Made by a program: the position numbers and the translations under genes. A stretch of 57,679 nt of DNA from Carcharhinus longimanus (lineage: Eukaryota). The DNA is taken from assembly GCA_030264375.1 (NCBI GenBank), contig JASCQW010000162.1:38349430-38407108 (forward strand). Reading direction: 5' to 3'. The notes beneath the pieces are model-generated. The model was not told where the DNA came from. It saw only the letters and a list, made by a program, of their open reading frames with translations, and searched no databases. Each line of letters opens with the position of its first letter. Within the stretch, counting starts at the first letter, position 1. Of the stretch, positions 12,800 through 24,900 are shown one piece after another.

Positions 12800-12995
12800 T
12801 ACCTCCATGCAACACCACCAGAGTAAAATTGCCAAATCAGTCAGCAGCCCTTTTTACTCCAATCGTATCAATTGTTGTGATTGTTTAAAATTTGACATTC
12901 TTGCATTTGTCCTGATGACTACAAGACAAAAAGCTTCGGCAACATGTCTCTTTTCTCAGCAATATTAAAGTTGTGTACTACCAAGCAACTATTTA
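12800..12995 (+). mobile_element. Penelope-type terminus with decayed hammerhead
   Basis: Homologous to 8480-8650; ttgtc-CTGATGA-ctacaagac-AAAA-agct-TC-ggcaa at 12907-12942. Confidence 0.6.
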
Positions 12996-13594
12996 TTGCA
13001 TACCAAAGTCAGTGTAAGACCAGTATTAACTTGGGTAAAAGACAAATAGTATTTGAATACAATTACCATTAGTATTACTAGTATTATCCTTTATACCAAA
13101 GTGTGAGAGGAGGAGTTCAAATAGCATTTTTTTTATGGCAGTGTTTTCCAAACAACAGTTATATCATTACAAAAAAAACAGAAGGAACTAATAAGTAGCT
13201 AACTTTCTTTCTTATTAAATCTGATTTGCAGTTGCATTATAGGTTACTTAGGAAATACATTTTCTTATAATTCAAACTATGTACTGTACAACATTAATGT
13301 TTTAACATGGTGTACTGCAGATAATGAGCCAAAGCTCAGAATGTTGGAACTTGAGTTCTCTCCTGTAGTTCTCCACATGGCGAATTCCTGGATCATCTGT
13401 GCTCGGAAATGGATAGGTAATGCAGGGAAGATGGGGACAATACTAGCTTAGCTTGCTCCATGTACACATTTGCCTTTTGGGAATCAGTTCAAACTGTAAT
13501 TGGCTTATACCTAAAAAGAGGCCACTTCCTAATTGGTGAGCTTTGAATCCTAAAAAGTAGTAGTTAAATGTGCCTTTCACACAATCTGTCAGAC

Positions 13595-13730
13595 ATTGGC
13601 GGAGGGAGTTTTCCCAACCAGTCTGCCATGGAAATTGTAGCAGGTGAGAGGCGGATCATGCAAAGGTCCATTCGACCTTGGGCAGGATTTTCCAGTTTTG
13701 GGGTGAGCATGGCTGGAAAATCTTGCCCAT
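13595..13730. repeat. MITE-like repeat with internal hairpin
   Basis: tgggcaggattttccag ... ctggaaaatcttgccca inverted pair at ~13679-13730. Confidence 0.5.
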
Positions 13731-14732
13731 TCTCTTTTAATCCTTATTGGTTAGGTTGTTATCCATCTATAGATTGCCAGTGGAACATTTTGCTTAGTGT
13801 TACATAGATTTGAAAATATCACATGGATACTTGCATTTAATAGGCTATTATGTATGTAAAATTGTACCAAGTAATAATTAAACAGACAGGAAACCAACCA
13901 AATGGAATCATGATTCTTTTTGCTGTTCTCCAGTTCATTTATCAGAAACCACAGTGGATGAAATTGCAGGGAGAGCTCCCATTGAAATCCACCACAATTA
14001 TTACTGTCAATAACAGAATGCCACTAAGTCTTCAGTTACTCTGGCATACTCCTCCAATAGCTCCTGTAGGAAACTAGGCCAGAACCTTTGCTGTGGCCAT
14101 GACTCAGCTGGTACTGTCTTCATCGGCTCCAAACATGGTTGGTTATCAATATAAAGCTGTGGCAGTGACACCACCCCCTCTCCTCCCCTCCCCCCATCAC
14201 CCCAGTGGGTTCCATGGCTATTGTAAAGACCTGTTTGGAGGCTATTAAGACAAGTCTATGTATTGAGCTGGGGACAAACCTGGCTCAGATTCTAAAATTT
14301 ATTACAATCAAGATGGTACCAATCCTGTGAGCAGGCCAGATTAAAGTTTATATGTGGTTATAAATACTTCTCATCACATTGCTGAGGGGTGATAAAAAGG
14401 TGATTTCAGGTATTTGAATTATAAAGAAATAATCAAGTTTTCCATGTAATTTACATAACCATTTCTGCCTTTCAGTTTAGTTCATTGTCAAAAAGAAACT
14501 TATATTTGTATTAAGAAACAGTCTTGTTGAAAGNNNNNAAGAAAGTCTGTACATTTTATTATGAAATAACTGCATAATCCTGTACTGAATTTATAGGCAG
14601 ACATGTAGGTTTATAAATAAATATCTAGTTTTAAGCAAAGTTTTCGATTTTGATTTCACAAATAAACAAAGACCAGAAAGATTAAATTTGAGTGCAGTTA
14701 ATGATCAAAGTCTCATATATCTGTTCCCCCAG

Positions 14733-14961
14733 TGTCATCTGGTGCAACAGTTGGGACTTGGTCACCACCTGAAGACTCTGAATTTTGTTATTACCATGTT
14801 TGAAATGCTTGCTCCTCAATCAAGTGAAACAGTTGAAGTGACAGACACGTCATTTGATGGAGTGCAAGTCAGAGTGTTTGAATCCAAGAAGAAGGTTGAT
14901 GATGAACTAAAGCGAAGCATTATTTACATTCACGGTGGAGGTTGGGCTTTAGGAAGTGCAA
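14733..14961 (+). CDS. NCEH1: Neutral cholesterol ester hydrolase 1-like (AADACL1/KIAA1363 family), exon 2
   Basis: Acceptor ctgttcccccag|, donor A|gtaagt; 229 nt, phase 0 to 1; encodes CHLVQQLGLGHHL...VTDTSFDGVQVRVF...RSIIYIHGGGWALGSA with the HSL-family HGGG oxyanion motif; closely resembles recalled vertebrate NCEH1. Confidence 0.93.
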
Positions 14962-16794
14962 GTAAGTAAACTGCGAAATGAAATGATATATTTCTTAACC
15001 TTCCTGTTAAATACTTGTACAGCAAATGTTTCATTTAATTTATTGGAGTTTGAAGACAAATAGATAAAGAAGTCTATTTTTGCCAAGTATGCCTTTCCAA
15101 AATAAGTCCTGAAGAGAATATTTCCAACTATGCAGTTCAGAGGAAAGGCTCAACTAATAGCTACTGAGCATGTGCATAAGGAGCTACATCACTAAAATGG
15201 CATTCACTGAAGAGGAGATGAATATGAAGTATCTCAGAGAGAAGCTCCAGTTACATCTTGTTCTTATTTAACCTAATCATTAGCACATAAATAAACCTTT
15301 TGAACAAAAGACCACTACCTCCAGCAAGATCTCTCCTGGAGTAAGAACCCAAAGCTCCCAAGTGTTGCTCTCCATAATAGATGGTGGCAACAGTGATTAC
15401 ACTCAGAGGAACAGTAGAAAATGATTAGAAAATCCTCAGATAACACCCAGAAATAGTGCAGAACAGCAGGTGAAGGACTTCAAGGCCAATCGAGCAACTA
15501 CACAAGAGACAACTAAATAATGAGGGCAACCCAGTGTCTGTAAGATGAGTGGCAGAGAAAATGATAACCTTGAAACAACCTCAGGAAATGGCCACTACTT
15601 TGCCCCTACCAGAATCTAAGGGCCCTAGATAGGCTGAACAATAGTAAAATTGGCGAAGACATTTTACCAGCATCATGAATAAAGAAAACAAAGATTAAGT
15701 CAGCACTTTATCTGGTGTTAGGGGCATGTCAGACTCTGTGCTGGCCAGACAGGGAATGAACTGAGACCCAGCTTCCTCCAAGGATGTCATTCAAGCCATG
15801 GACCTGTAGTTCAGTTTTGACAATAATATCATCATAGAGAAGGGGGGTTGGTGGTCAATAACAAGGCAAAGGGATTGACTCACTCATCAACAAATTGTGC
15901 TGCCAAACCAAATGTTGAGAGCGTGGAACACTAAACGATGACCTGATAGAATAATCTTTGGCTTTTTAGATGACAATCTCTCTGACTTCTTACAATCTCA
16001 AAGATTTGAACTTGAGTAAAACCATACAACTGGCCGAGAGGTCTTCAAGCGCAGTTGTAGCATTGGTATCTCTGTGCCAGAACCTCCAGGTTCAAGTCCT
16101 AGCTCAAATTGTCAAGAGATATATTTCATAGACATCAGTGCTGTTCCCTTCAAACCCTTCATTCACTTCCAGAACAAAGAGGGACTCTGGGTCTAATCAA
16201 CAGGGTCCGTGTGGAAATGTGCTCCGTGGACAGTGTTCCTTTGAAGAAATGGCATAATGAAAATTCCATTCAATCACAGGCTTAGGCTTTGAGTCCCATC
16301 CCATTAGCTTCCTGGTGGGTAGGACCAGCAGTGCATTCAGGAACTGATATCTTGCCCTATCCATCAACCATGCTGTTAGTGGACCAGAGACGCAAAAGCC
16401 TTTCTTCCCATGGACAAGTAAGAATGCATACACAGGAATGGCTCAAAAAACATGATTTCCACACTTGCTATCATTTCATATTTCACACTGGTATTCTATG
16501 GAAGACGTTGGATCTTTGGGACTTGGTGAAAGCAGAATCATTGAAGTACTGACCAAGCATGGCCACATCCACTGATTCCATCAACTAAACAAAAGTTTTG
16601 AACTAACGAACACATTGCCACAGGCAGCTCAGTGATTGCCTCTCTCTGAGGCTCGCTGTAGAATCTGTCCCAGAATGTCTAGGCCACAATGGCCTCCACC
16701 AACCCTTCATAAGCATTGACCAGAAAGTTTGATTAGCTTCACAAAAGAACGTCCAGCTGCTAAGAATGTTTTTTGTTTGGCCTTGTTCTTGCAG

Positions 16795-16864
16795 GAATGC
16801 GATCATATGACCACCTTTGCCGGAAGATGGCAGAAGATATGAATGCTGTTCTTGTCTCTATTGA
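16795..16864 (+). CDS. NCEH1: NCEH1-like exon 3
   Basis: Acceptor ccttgttcttgcag|, donor GA|gtaagt; 70 nt, phase 1 to 2; (R)MRSYDHLCRKMAEDMNAVLVSI(E); phases join exons 2 and 4. Not in the ORF track. Confidence 0.92.
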
Positions 16865-17783
16865 GTAAGTAATTGCAAGCCGACTGCATTATTCTCTTGG
16901 TTGATGCATTTTTAAGATAATTTATTAGGTATTTTGTAGAAAACTTGGAGCTGGCTAAATATTGAAGAATAGATACTGTCAGAATTCAAAATTATTTTGT
17001 GATTAGATTCCATCTGGTTTCCACTTCAGTATTTTCACCCTCATGGAAGAAGATCAGTTAATTCTAACAGCTGTGTTTTTTTTCATTATGTAGTTCCAAG
17101 AGGTTTACTTGTGGCTAGATGCAACTTAACATTTAATGAGGTTTATTTGACCTTGGACTGTCTGATCAAGGATCTGACTTATGGGCCCTGAACCTTTGTT
17201 CTTGGCCATATGCCACTTCTGGCTCTGGAAACCAAGACAGATATTTTCATTCCAGAAGAACCTATTTATCTGCAATAATGGGGTATGAGGGAGAAATTTC
17301 CAATTGACTTCTGGTGTATTGTCAGCGAGGAATGGGGCAAATAACATTAACTCTTTAAGGGCCTCTGATTCAGCTGCAGCAAGAACAGGAAACCCCGATG
17401 AAAGCTCCACTGACACATGCTGTACTCAACAGTGTCAATAAGCCTGCCCATTAATTTGGACCTGTTTATACGCATGCCCTTCCTGTAAAATAGGTGCAAC
17501 AAGATCCAATATCTCTCACAGAAACTTATCAATGAGGAAGAAACAAACCAATGGATGCTTAAAGAAGAAAACTTAGATGTTTATGTCCGAAACTGCACAA
17601 TGATCACTATAAACAATTTTATTTTTAAATTGGATGTAACATTTTGAAAATTTGAATTAACTGTGTATTTAATACAGAATTGCAGTTTTCTCAGCACTGC
17701 GTGACTCAAAAGTATTACATCAAGTCAAGCTTTACAAGTTCAATCTTATTGAAATTAATTACATTATGTGTCCTTGAATTTAG

Positions 17784-17955
17784 ATACCGTCTTGTCCCAG
17801 AGGTTCATTTTCCTGAGCAGTTTAATGATGTTTATAGTGCTACCAAGTATTTTCTACAGCCTGAGATTTTGTCCCAGTATTCCGTGGATCCGAATCGAAT
17901 TGCAATTTCTGGAGACAGCGCTGGAGGAAACCTGGCTGCTGCTGTAACTCAGCAG
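17784..17955 (+). CDS. NCEH1: NCEH1-like exon 4 (catalytic Ser)
   Basis: Acceptor gaatttag|, donor CAG|gtaata; 172 nt, phase 2 to 0; [15 protein letters not shown]...[17 protein letters not shown]; GDSAG nucleophile elbow at 17911-17925. Confidence 0.95.
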
Positions 17956-18339
17956 GTAATATCATTTATTAAAGGTTGGACAAACCATGATGACTTTAAC
18001 AAAATATTAGATGATGACCTCTCACTAATTGGCACAATGCCTCCCAAATTTTGAATTAGAACAAATACTGATATTGAAGAGGAAAGCAGCTCAACATACA
18101 TAACAATGAATGCATATTTGAAGAAAGCTGTTTGCATAAGTTAGAGAGCTATTTAAATTGAACAAATGTTAATGTTTATCCCAAATATGCTGCATTGTTA
18201 TTATTATAACAAAATAGAATAATCATTTGCAGCTTTGAAAAGGCAACGCATTTTTTAAAGGAAATTCAAGGCCTGTAGCAGGTGACAACCCCATTATGAC
18301 TTCAGTGTCATCATTTGGTCTTTCAGCCATTTCTTGGTT

Positions 18340-19085
18340 GGTAACCTCTGAGCCAGAAGGTTCTGGATTCAAATCCCACTCCTTGAAGACAAAGATCTCG
18401 GCTGAAACTCCAATGTAGTACTGAGAGATTGCTGCACTGCCAAAGGTGCTAATAAAAGGACAACAAAAATAGAAAATGGTGGAAGTATGCAATGGGTCTG
18501 ACAGCATCTGTAGAGTGAGGAACAGAGTTAAGTTCTCAGGTCTGTGACCTTTCGTCAGTAAGAAGTCTTGCAACACCATGTTAAAGTCAAATCAGTTTAT
18601 TTGATTGTAATCCCACAAGCTTTCGGAAACGGTGTTCCTTTGTCAGGTGTGCAGAAGGTTCTTCCTCATACCTGACGCAGGAACACCGCTTCCAAAAGCT
18701 TGTGGGATGACTATCAAATAAACTGGTTGGACTTTAACCTGATGTTGTGAGACTTCTTACTATGTTTACCCCAGTCCAACGCTGGCATCTCTACATCATG
18801 ACCTTTCATCAAAACAGAACTTTAGATTTTTTTTGCACCATGTACTGAAAAGATTTCACTGGTTACCTTTCAAAGAAGAATGGGAGACTTATCCCTGGCC
18901 AACATTCATCATTCAATCAACATTCCTTAAAAAAAGATCATCTGGCTCTTTTCAAATTGCTGGTTATGGAATCTTGCCATACCACAGTAGTGGCTAAATG
19001 TCAAAAGGTACTTCATTGGCAGTAAAGAGCTTTTGGATGTCCTTAAGTTGTGAAAAGCATTTATATAAATCCAAGTCTTTTTATC
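18340..19085 (+). mobile_element. DeuSINE-like (SacSINE1-type) element interrupted by nested insertions
   Basis: Head ctctgagccagaaggttctggattcaaatcccactcc, body resumes after ~18820, tail gtaaagagcttttggatgtccttaagttgtgaaaagcatttatataaatccaagtc. Confidence 0.6.
18557..18798 (+). mobile_element. Penelope-like inverted-pair element with 13-bp TSD
   Basis: Inverted arms ~18557-18649 / ~18669-18761, same 3' tail as 2046-2350, TSD tgacctttcgtca (18545-18557) / tgacctttcatca (18799-18811). Confidence 0.8.
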
Positions 19086-19420
19086 TTTTCCAGATAAATT
19101 CAGTTCATCTGTCCATTTTCTGTATTGTAACATGATGTTTAGTCAAATGCTGTATAAATTCTATTATCTAACAGTATTGTGTATATTTTTCCAAATTACT
19201 TAAGCAATACTACTATCAAAGCTGTAAAGGTGAATGATCAATAGTTCACAGAATTGTCATGGTACAGAAGGAGGCCATTTGGCCCATTGTGTCTGCACTG
19301 ACATTTCTGAAAAAACCTCTCTGTTGAATACTGCAAATATTGTCATATGGGTGAAAACTGGTAGCGTCAACTCCCTCAGAAATGTTCTAAACACTTCAAT
19401 TTTTGTTTTATGTTTTGTAG

Positions 19421-20038
19421 CTTGTCATCGACAGAAGCATCAACATCCGACTCAAGTTACAAGCTCTCATTTATCCAGCACTTCAGGCTCTTGATTTCAA
19501 TACTCCGTCCTACCAACAGAATATGGCTACACCTATCTTGTACAAACAGGTCATGGCCCGTTTTTGGCTACAGTATCTGAATGGTGACCTTAGCTTTGTT
19601 CAGGCAATGTTGATCAACAACCACACAGCTTCAAATCTAAGTCAGCTGACATCGATCCGCGATCGCTTAGACTGGACAAACCTTCTACCGCAATCACTTA
19701 TAAAAAATTACAAACCTGTCATCCAGGCGATGGGAAGTCCACAGGTTATACAGGAGTTGCCAGCGCTACTGGACCCAAGAGCAGCTCCATTACTTGCAGA
19801 TGAAAAAATCCTGCAGTTATTACCAAGAGCCTACATCCTGACCTGTGAACATGATGTTCTAAGAGATGATGGAATAATGTATGCAAAGCGTTTAGAAGAT
19901 GCTGGAATAGAAGTGACACTTGACCATTACGAAGATGGATTTCACGGCGCCATGATATTTGTACTACCCCCGACCAACTTTGATGTGGGAAGCAAGATCA
20001 TGAACAATTATATAAACTGGCTAGACAACAATTTGTAA
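19421..20038 (+). CDS. NCEH1: NCEH1-like terminal exon 5
   Basis: Acceptor tgttttgtag|; 618 nt to TAA; [34 protein letters not shown]...[12 protein letters not shown] (catalytic Asp)...EDGFHG (catalytic His)...YINWLDNNL*. Confidence 0.95.
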   Translation, partial: LVIDRSINIRLKLQALIYPALQALDFNTPSYQQNMATPILYKQVMARFWLQYLNGDLSFVQAMLINNHTASNLSQLTSIRDRLDWTNLLPQSLIKNYKPVIQAMGSPQVIQELPALLDPRAAPLLADEKILQLLPRAYILTCEHDVLRDDGIMYAKRLEDAGIEVTLDHYEDGFHGAMIFVLPPTNFDVGSKIMNNYINWLDNNL

Positions 20039-20212
20039 ACCTTTCAGTCAGGGATTGGGAAGTTGCAATAGAAAATGTTAATGCAAGCTATTTGTTTGGA
20101 AAAGACCTATGTATTTATGCAATGCAACAATCCAATGCAAATCTGTGCTATAGAATTACTGAAGCTATTTTGTTAGGCTTGATCAAATTTTAACGTGCAT
20201 TGTCTATACTAC

Positions 20213-20218
20213 AATAAA
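20213..20218 (+). terminator. Candidate proximal polyadenylation signal of the NCEH1-like gene
   Basis: First AATAAA after the stop codon; others at 20624-20629 and 23684-23689. Confidence 0.4.
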
Positions 20219-21907
20219 TCTGTATCAAGGCAATTAGGAAGAAATGGCTGTATTAGCTTTTGATTGTTATTCAATCAAAAAGTGGTACTGCTTAGCACCT
20301 CGTTTACATACTAATTTAGCATGTGATGAAATCCTCGTTAGGTCAACAATGTTTTGTAATCTTCACTGTCACTTGATGGAATCAGCCTTTTGGCGTATAT
20401 TAAGCTTATTTGTGATCAATGAGAGTGTAGAAACTTATCATGTGTGCACTTGAAAATGAATCTAAAAGAATTAAACCTGTGTAGCAGTGGAACTCGCACA
20501 GGATCATTTGATGGGAACTATCTTAACACACGCAAGTAATGAAAGTCTACTTAATTATACTTCCAGTAACAGTTTTTGGGTACAAAGAGCACTGGTAACA
20601 ATGAATAATTACTGATGGGTTACAATAAACCTGCATACATTTTCTTTCAATGACCAAAGTAGTTCATCTCAACTGATAATCTGTATAGTCAAATGACCAA
20701 ATTGTCAGTTAGAACATACATTGTCTGTCCAATAAGTTGTCAAGGATTAATGATACTTGTGGAAGCACCACAAATTTGTGGTAAAGTCTGTAGTTTATTT
20801 TTAAAAACTACAGAGTTGGAAGTTTAAAAAAGAACACCTTCCCCCAACAATGGAGTAACTTCAACGTACTAATCTCACTACTGATGTTTTTAAAAACTGC
20901 TGAAAGTCCATTGTTTTGTTCTCGTCACTTAAACCAGAGATTTGTGCCTTGTAATCACTCTCTTGCATGTTCATTATCTTTATTGTTCAGATTTCACAGT
21001 ATATAATTTGATTTTATTATGCTGGCAACATTGAAATTGACCTGATCAGGACTACACCATATTACAGTATTGAGAATCATTTAGTTTGAATGACACAAAA
21101 GGCAATATATTTAGCGGTTTTGCAGGGTTTTGTTTTGCTCATTTTAGTTTGTTTAACCCTTTCCTGATCTAGCTGAAATGCTATCTCTTATGAACAATGA
21201 ATTTGCCATTTTGGATTGCTTTTATATTATCAATTTCTTAGGTAAACACAATTAAATATTCATAAGTGCTTTGGTATGAAAGCTGGCAGCTTCACTGTGG
21301 GGCTGCAAGGGAATGGGAGTCTTCAGAGGGGTGTCCTACGATAGTGGTGCTGCATCTGCCTCACAACCACACATAAAGGATCAGTCAATAACTAACACTG
21401 ATGTTGCAATTAATTATATCTACAAGTGTTCAGCAACAATAATGTTTCTTATTTGCTGCTACTGTGAAAATTCTTTTACCCTGTTTGAAAGTGTTTTTGG
21501 TTGATGGGCAAGAACATTACTATTCCTTCCCGATTTCCTTTTCGCCCTTCCTGAAACTAATGGCTCACATCAGGATGTAGGTTCAATGGCCCTCTTTTAT
21601 ATCCTACTTGAACTTTTCATGTGAGCCTAGACAGCATTGAGAGACAGCACAGGCAAGCTTAATCCTTTCCTCACCTGATGCTCATCAATACCTCGGAGTC
21701 ACTTCAAAGTAAGGATTTCAGACGATTTTATTATTTTTGAAGGTCCAGTGTAGCATCTTCCTTGACTTGTAGAACTCGCCAATGTCAAAACTAACTTTCA
21801 TCATTTTNNNNNNNNNNNNNNNNNNNNNNNNNNNNNNNNNNNNNNNNNNNNNNNNNNNNNNNNNNNNNNNNNNNNNNNNNNNNNNNNNNNNNNNNNNNNN
21901 NNNNNNN

Positions 21908-21981
21908 GTCGGCGCAACATCGTGGGCCGAAGGGCCTGTTCTGCGCTGTAATGTTCTATGTTCTATGTTCTATGTTCTATG
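21908..21981 (+). mobile_element. CR1 LINE 3' end after a gap
   Basis: gggccgaagggcctgttctgcgctgta plus (ttctatg)n tail. Confidence 0.85.
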
Positions 21982-24900
21982 AAGGCCGCCTTGGAGAATA
22001 CTTACCCGAAGATCAGAGGCTGAATGCCTGTGACTGCTGAAGTGTTCCCCAACAGGAAGAGAACACTCTTGCCTGGATAGGCATACCTTTAATAGCCATA
22101 CCAAATGTTCCCTCTATTTCTCACTCAGTGTCTTTTCCTTACTCTTTTAAAACTCCTCATGATCTTTTATTATGTGGAAAGTGCTACATAACTGTAAGTT
22201 GGTGGCAGTGGTTTAGAATAGTGCAGTGTAGTCAGTTGGTATTTTGTGGTATATAATTATGCAAATATAATGTATTACGGCCTATATATACACTATAACC
22301 GATTGCAGAGAGAAGGGTTAGAAAATAAAAGAGAGTAGAACAGTTAAAATGCTAATGATACACATTGAATATAGGTCTGAGGGGGATGCAATTCTCCAAG
22401 TTTCATTCCTTAGAATATGTGAGGGTGAAATGTAATACACTCAACTCCCCTGGGTGTTACAACCCACAAAATTATTATAGTTGCAAATGTAATGTGGATT
22501 CTTGCTGCAGCAATTTAAATTAACACTCAATAAATTATGTAGAATGTAGTTCAGAATTCCTTCACTCGTTTTACTACTGCACACTCCCCTTTTGGTGTGA
22601 TCACATTTTCGGAAACATGATTTATGGACTGGTAAAATAAAAATAGCGATTGGGCAGTGAAACTAAGTGGCCAACAAAATTGCTTGATTGAAAGAAGAAA
22701 AATGTTAGAATCAGTGTGAAAAATGTAAATGCAGTTTTCAAACGTGGAGATTTATTCTACATACATGGTGATTTTTAATCTGTTTTAAGTTATATTGTTT
22801 ACGCCAACCTGTGCCTGTGATGGTAACACTCAGGATCACAGTGCTGAACAGGACTACTCCTGGACAGTCATGAAGCTCTAGCTGTCGTTGGGTATAACTA
22901 GCAGGAAAAGAAATTAAAATCATTGTTTGAAATACACACTGTATAGAAAGGAAATCTGCCAATCCTTGCATAGAATGTTGTCTCAGTTATATATGAACAA
23001 ATATACTGTAATTTACCTACTATTTGAAAATAACATCTAAATTTTGATGTCGCATATAACTACAAATGACAGAAACATTGCTAATAAGTAAGTTAGTAGT
23101 GAATTTTGAAAAATTATCTATGAAACCCCAAGCATTTGTAAGGGATCAGAGAATTGCTAGCTTCACTTTACTAGGATCATGCAAAAATCTATTCTAAATA
23201 TTGGATATGTATCAGAAATTAAAGATCACATGTCATCTTGTGATTTGTGAGCTCCTTAAAAATAAGAAAGGAGGCAGAAACCAACAGTATATTTCCATCT
23301 CCCACAAATAGATCATTTGCACAGATGAAAAATCAGCTGAACCCACACAGGACGCATAATGAGCATTGAACCTTTCAAAATATTGTTTGAAAATGTCACT
23401 CTAATAAAAAGACATCTAAAACATGCTTGTACATTGTAATAGCAACAAACTGCAGAACTCTAATTATTAGTTAGGATAAATGTAGCTGAACAAAGAACAA
23501 AATACACTCTTTCCAAAAAGGGTTTTGTCCCAGAAGAACCAAATGAGTCTTGAAAAGACCTAATTGAGAATACAATGTTTTCTATTTGACTCTAAATTTG
23601 TTGTTTTACTGTATTTAAATTAAACTTTTGCGTTTTTATGTATTGTGATTCTCTACAATGTAAAGTGCACTTTAAACGAGGCAAATAAACTAAAATTGAT
23701 AAATATTTCTTGACTATTTTTATGAAGTTAATTAATAATAACTTTGTTATAAATTATGATTATTTTCTCTGGTAGTGATCAGAAATTTGAAAGCATAGGC
23801 CATTTTTATATTAATTAGTTTTGGCTTCAAAATTTTAAGTGACTTGTTTCTTGCCCAGATCGGTTACAGACGAAAACACAGAGTATCTTTGTTCCCATTA
23901 CAATGATGGAAAGGTGTGTTAAAGTCAGAAGTAAAGATTCTAATCACATTTTTGGAGATTTTAACCATTAAATAAAATTTATTTACACAATACCCCAATT
24001 ACAAAGTTAAAATTGGTCTTACAATATTTCCCAAAAGATTTCTACTTAAACTCACAAAATGAAGCATGCTTTCCCAGACAACAGTACCTTTGGATTCTTA
24101 ATTCATAAAAAATATTCTTCCAGTAATATTACCACAGTGCACCCAACATTGCCATAGAGGAGGTATCTGACAGGGCATTGCTCTCCCTCAACAATGCAAA
24201 TACAAGGCTTATAACAAAGCCTTACTTTTCAAAACAACCAAACACTTCTCTGAAGATAGAGGCTTCACAGGTCTGTCCTCACACAGCACACTCTTCAGGA
24301 TATCACATGGACCCTCTAATATAGCATTCAATCATTCTTTAAACCCATTGTTCATAACTTTTTCTGGAAGTTACCTTTCCCAGAATATATAAGTCTTTCA
24401 TGATTTCTTTATGGCTACATTTGATAAAATAAACTTAATAACATTGGTTTATTCATTTACGATCTTTGCCAGTTTTAACCTTCCTTTTATTTCTCAGAAC
24501 AAATCTTTATCTCCTTGTGCAAATTTCCATCCATTTTTTACTCGTCCCATCACAGCTGAGCTAATTTTCACTCCAAAATGTCTGTTAAACAAACATTCTT
24601 ATGATTTAAATTTTGCAGTCTGACTGTTTCCAGTTTAATAAATACATACAGTCCACACAAACCCGTTTCACAGTATCCCATAGTAATACTGCAAAAAAAT
24701 TGAATTTATTTACACCATCTACAAGGCACAAGGCAGGAGTGTGATAGAATACTCTCTACTTGCCTGAATGTGTACAGCTCCAACAACACGCAAGAAACTC
24801 AACAACACCCACGATAATGCAGCACGTGGGTAGTAATGCATACTATCTACAAGATATACCAGCCTAAACATCTTAACTCTAATGGTCCATTTTAGACTCT

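Noticed and set aside
1-14732. NCEH1 exon 1 (signal anchor plus a PWK-type motif); near-misses at ~880 and ~4540
   Set aside because: Neither gives a hydrophobic N-terminus with a phase-0 donor; exon 1 is probably upstream of the window.
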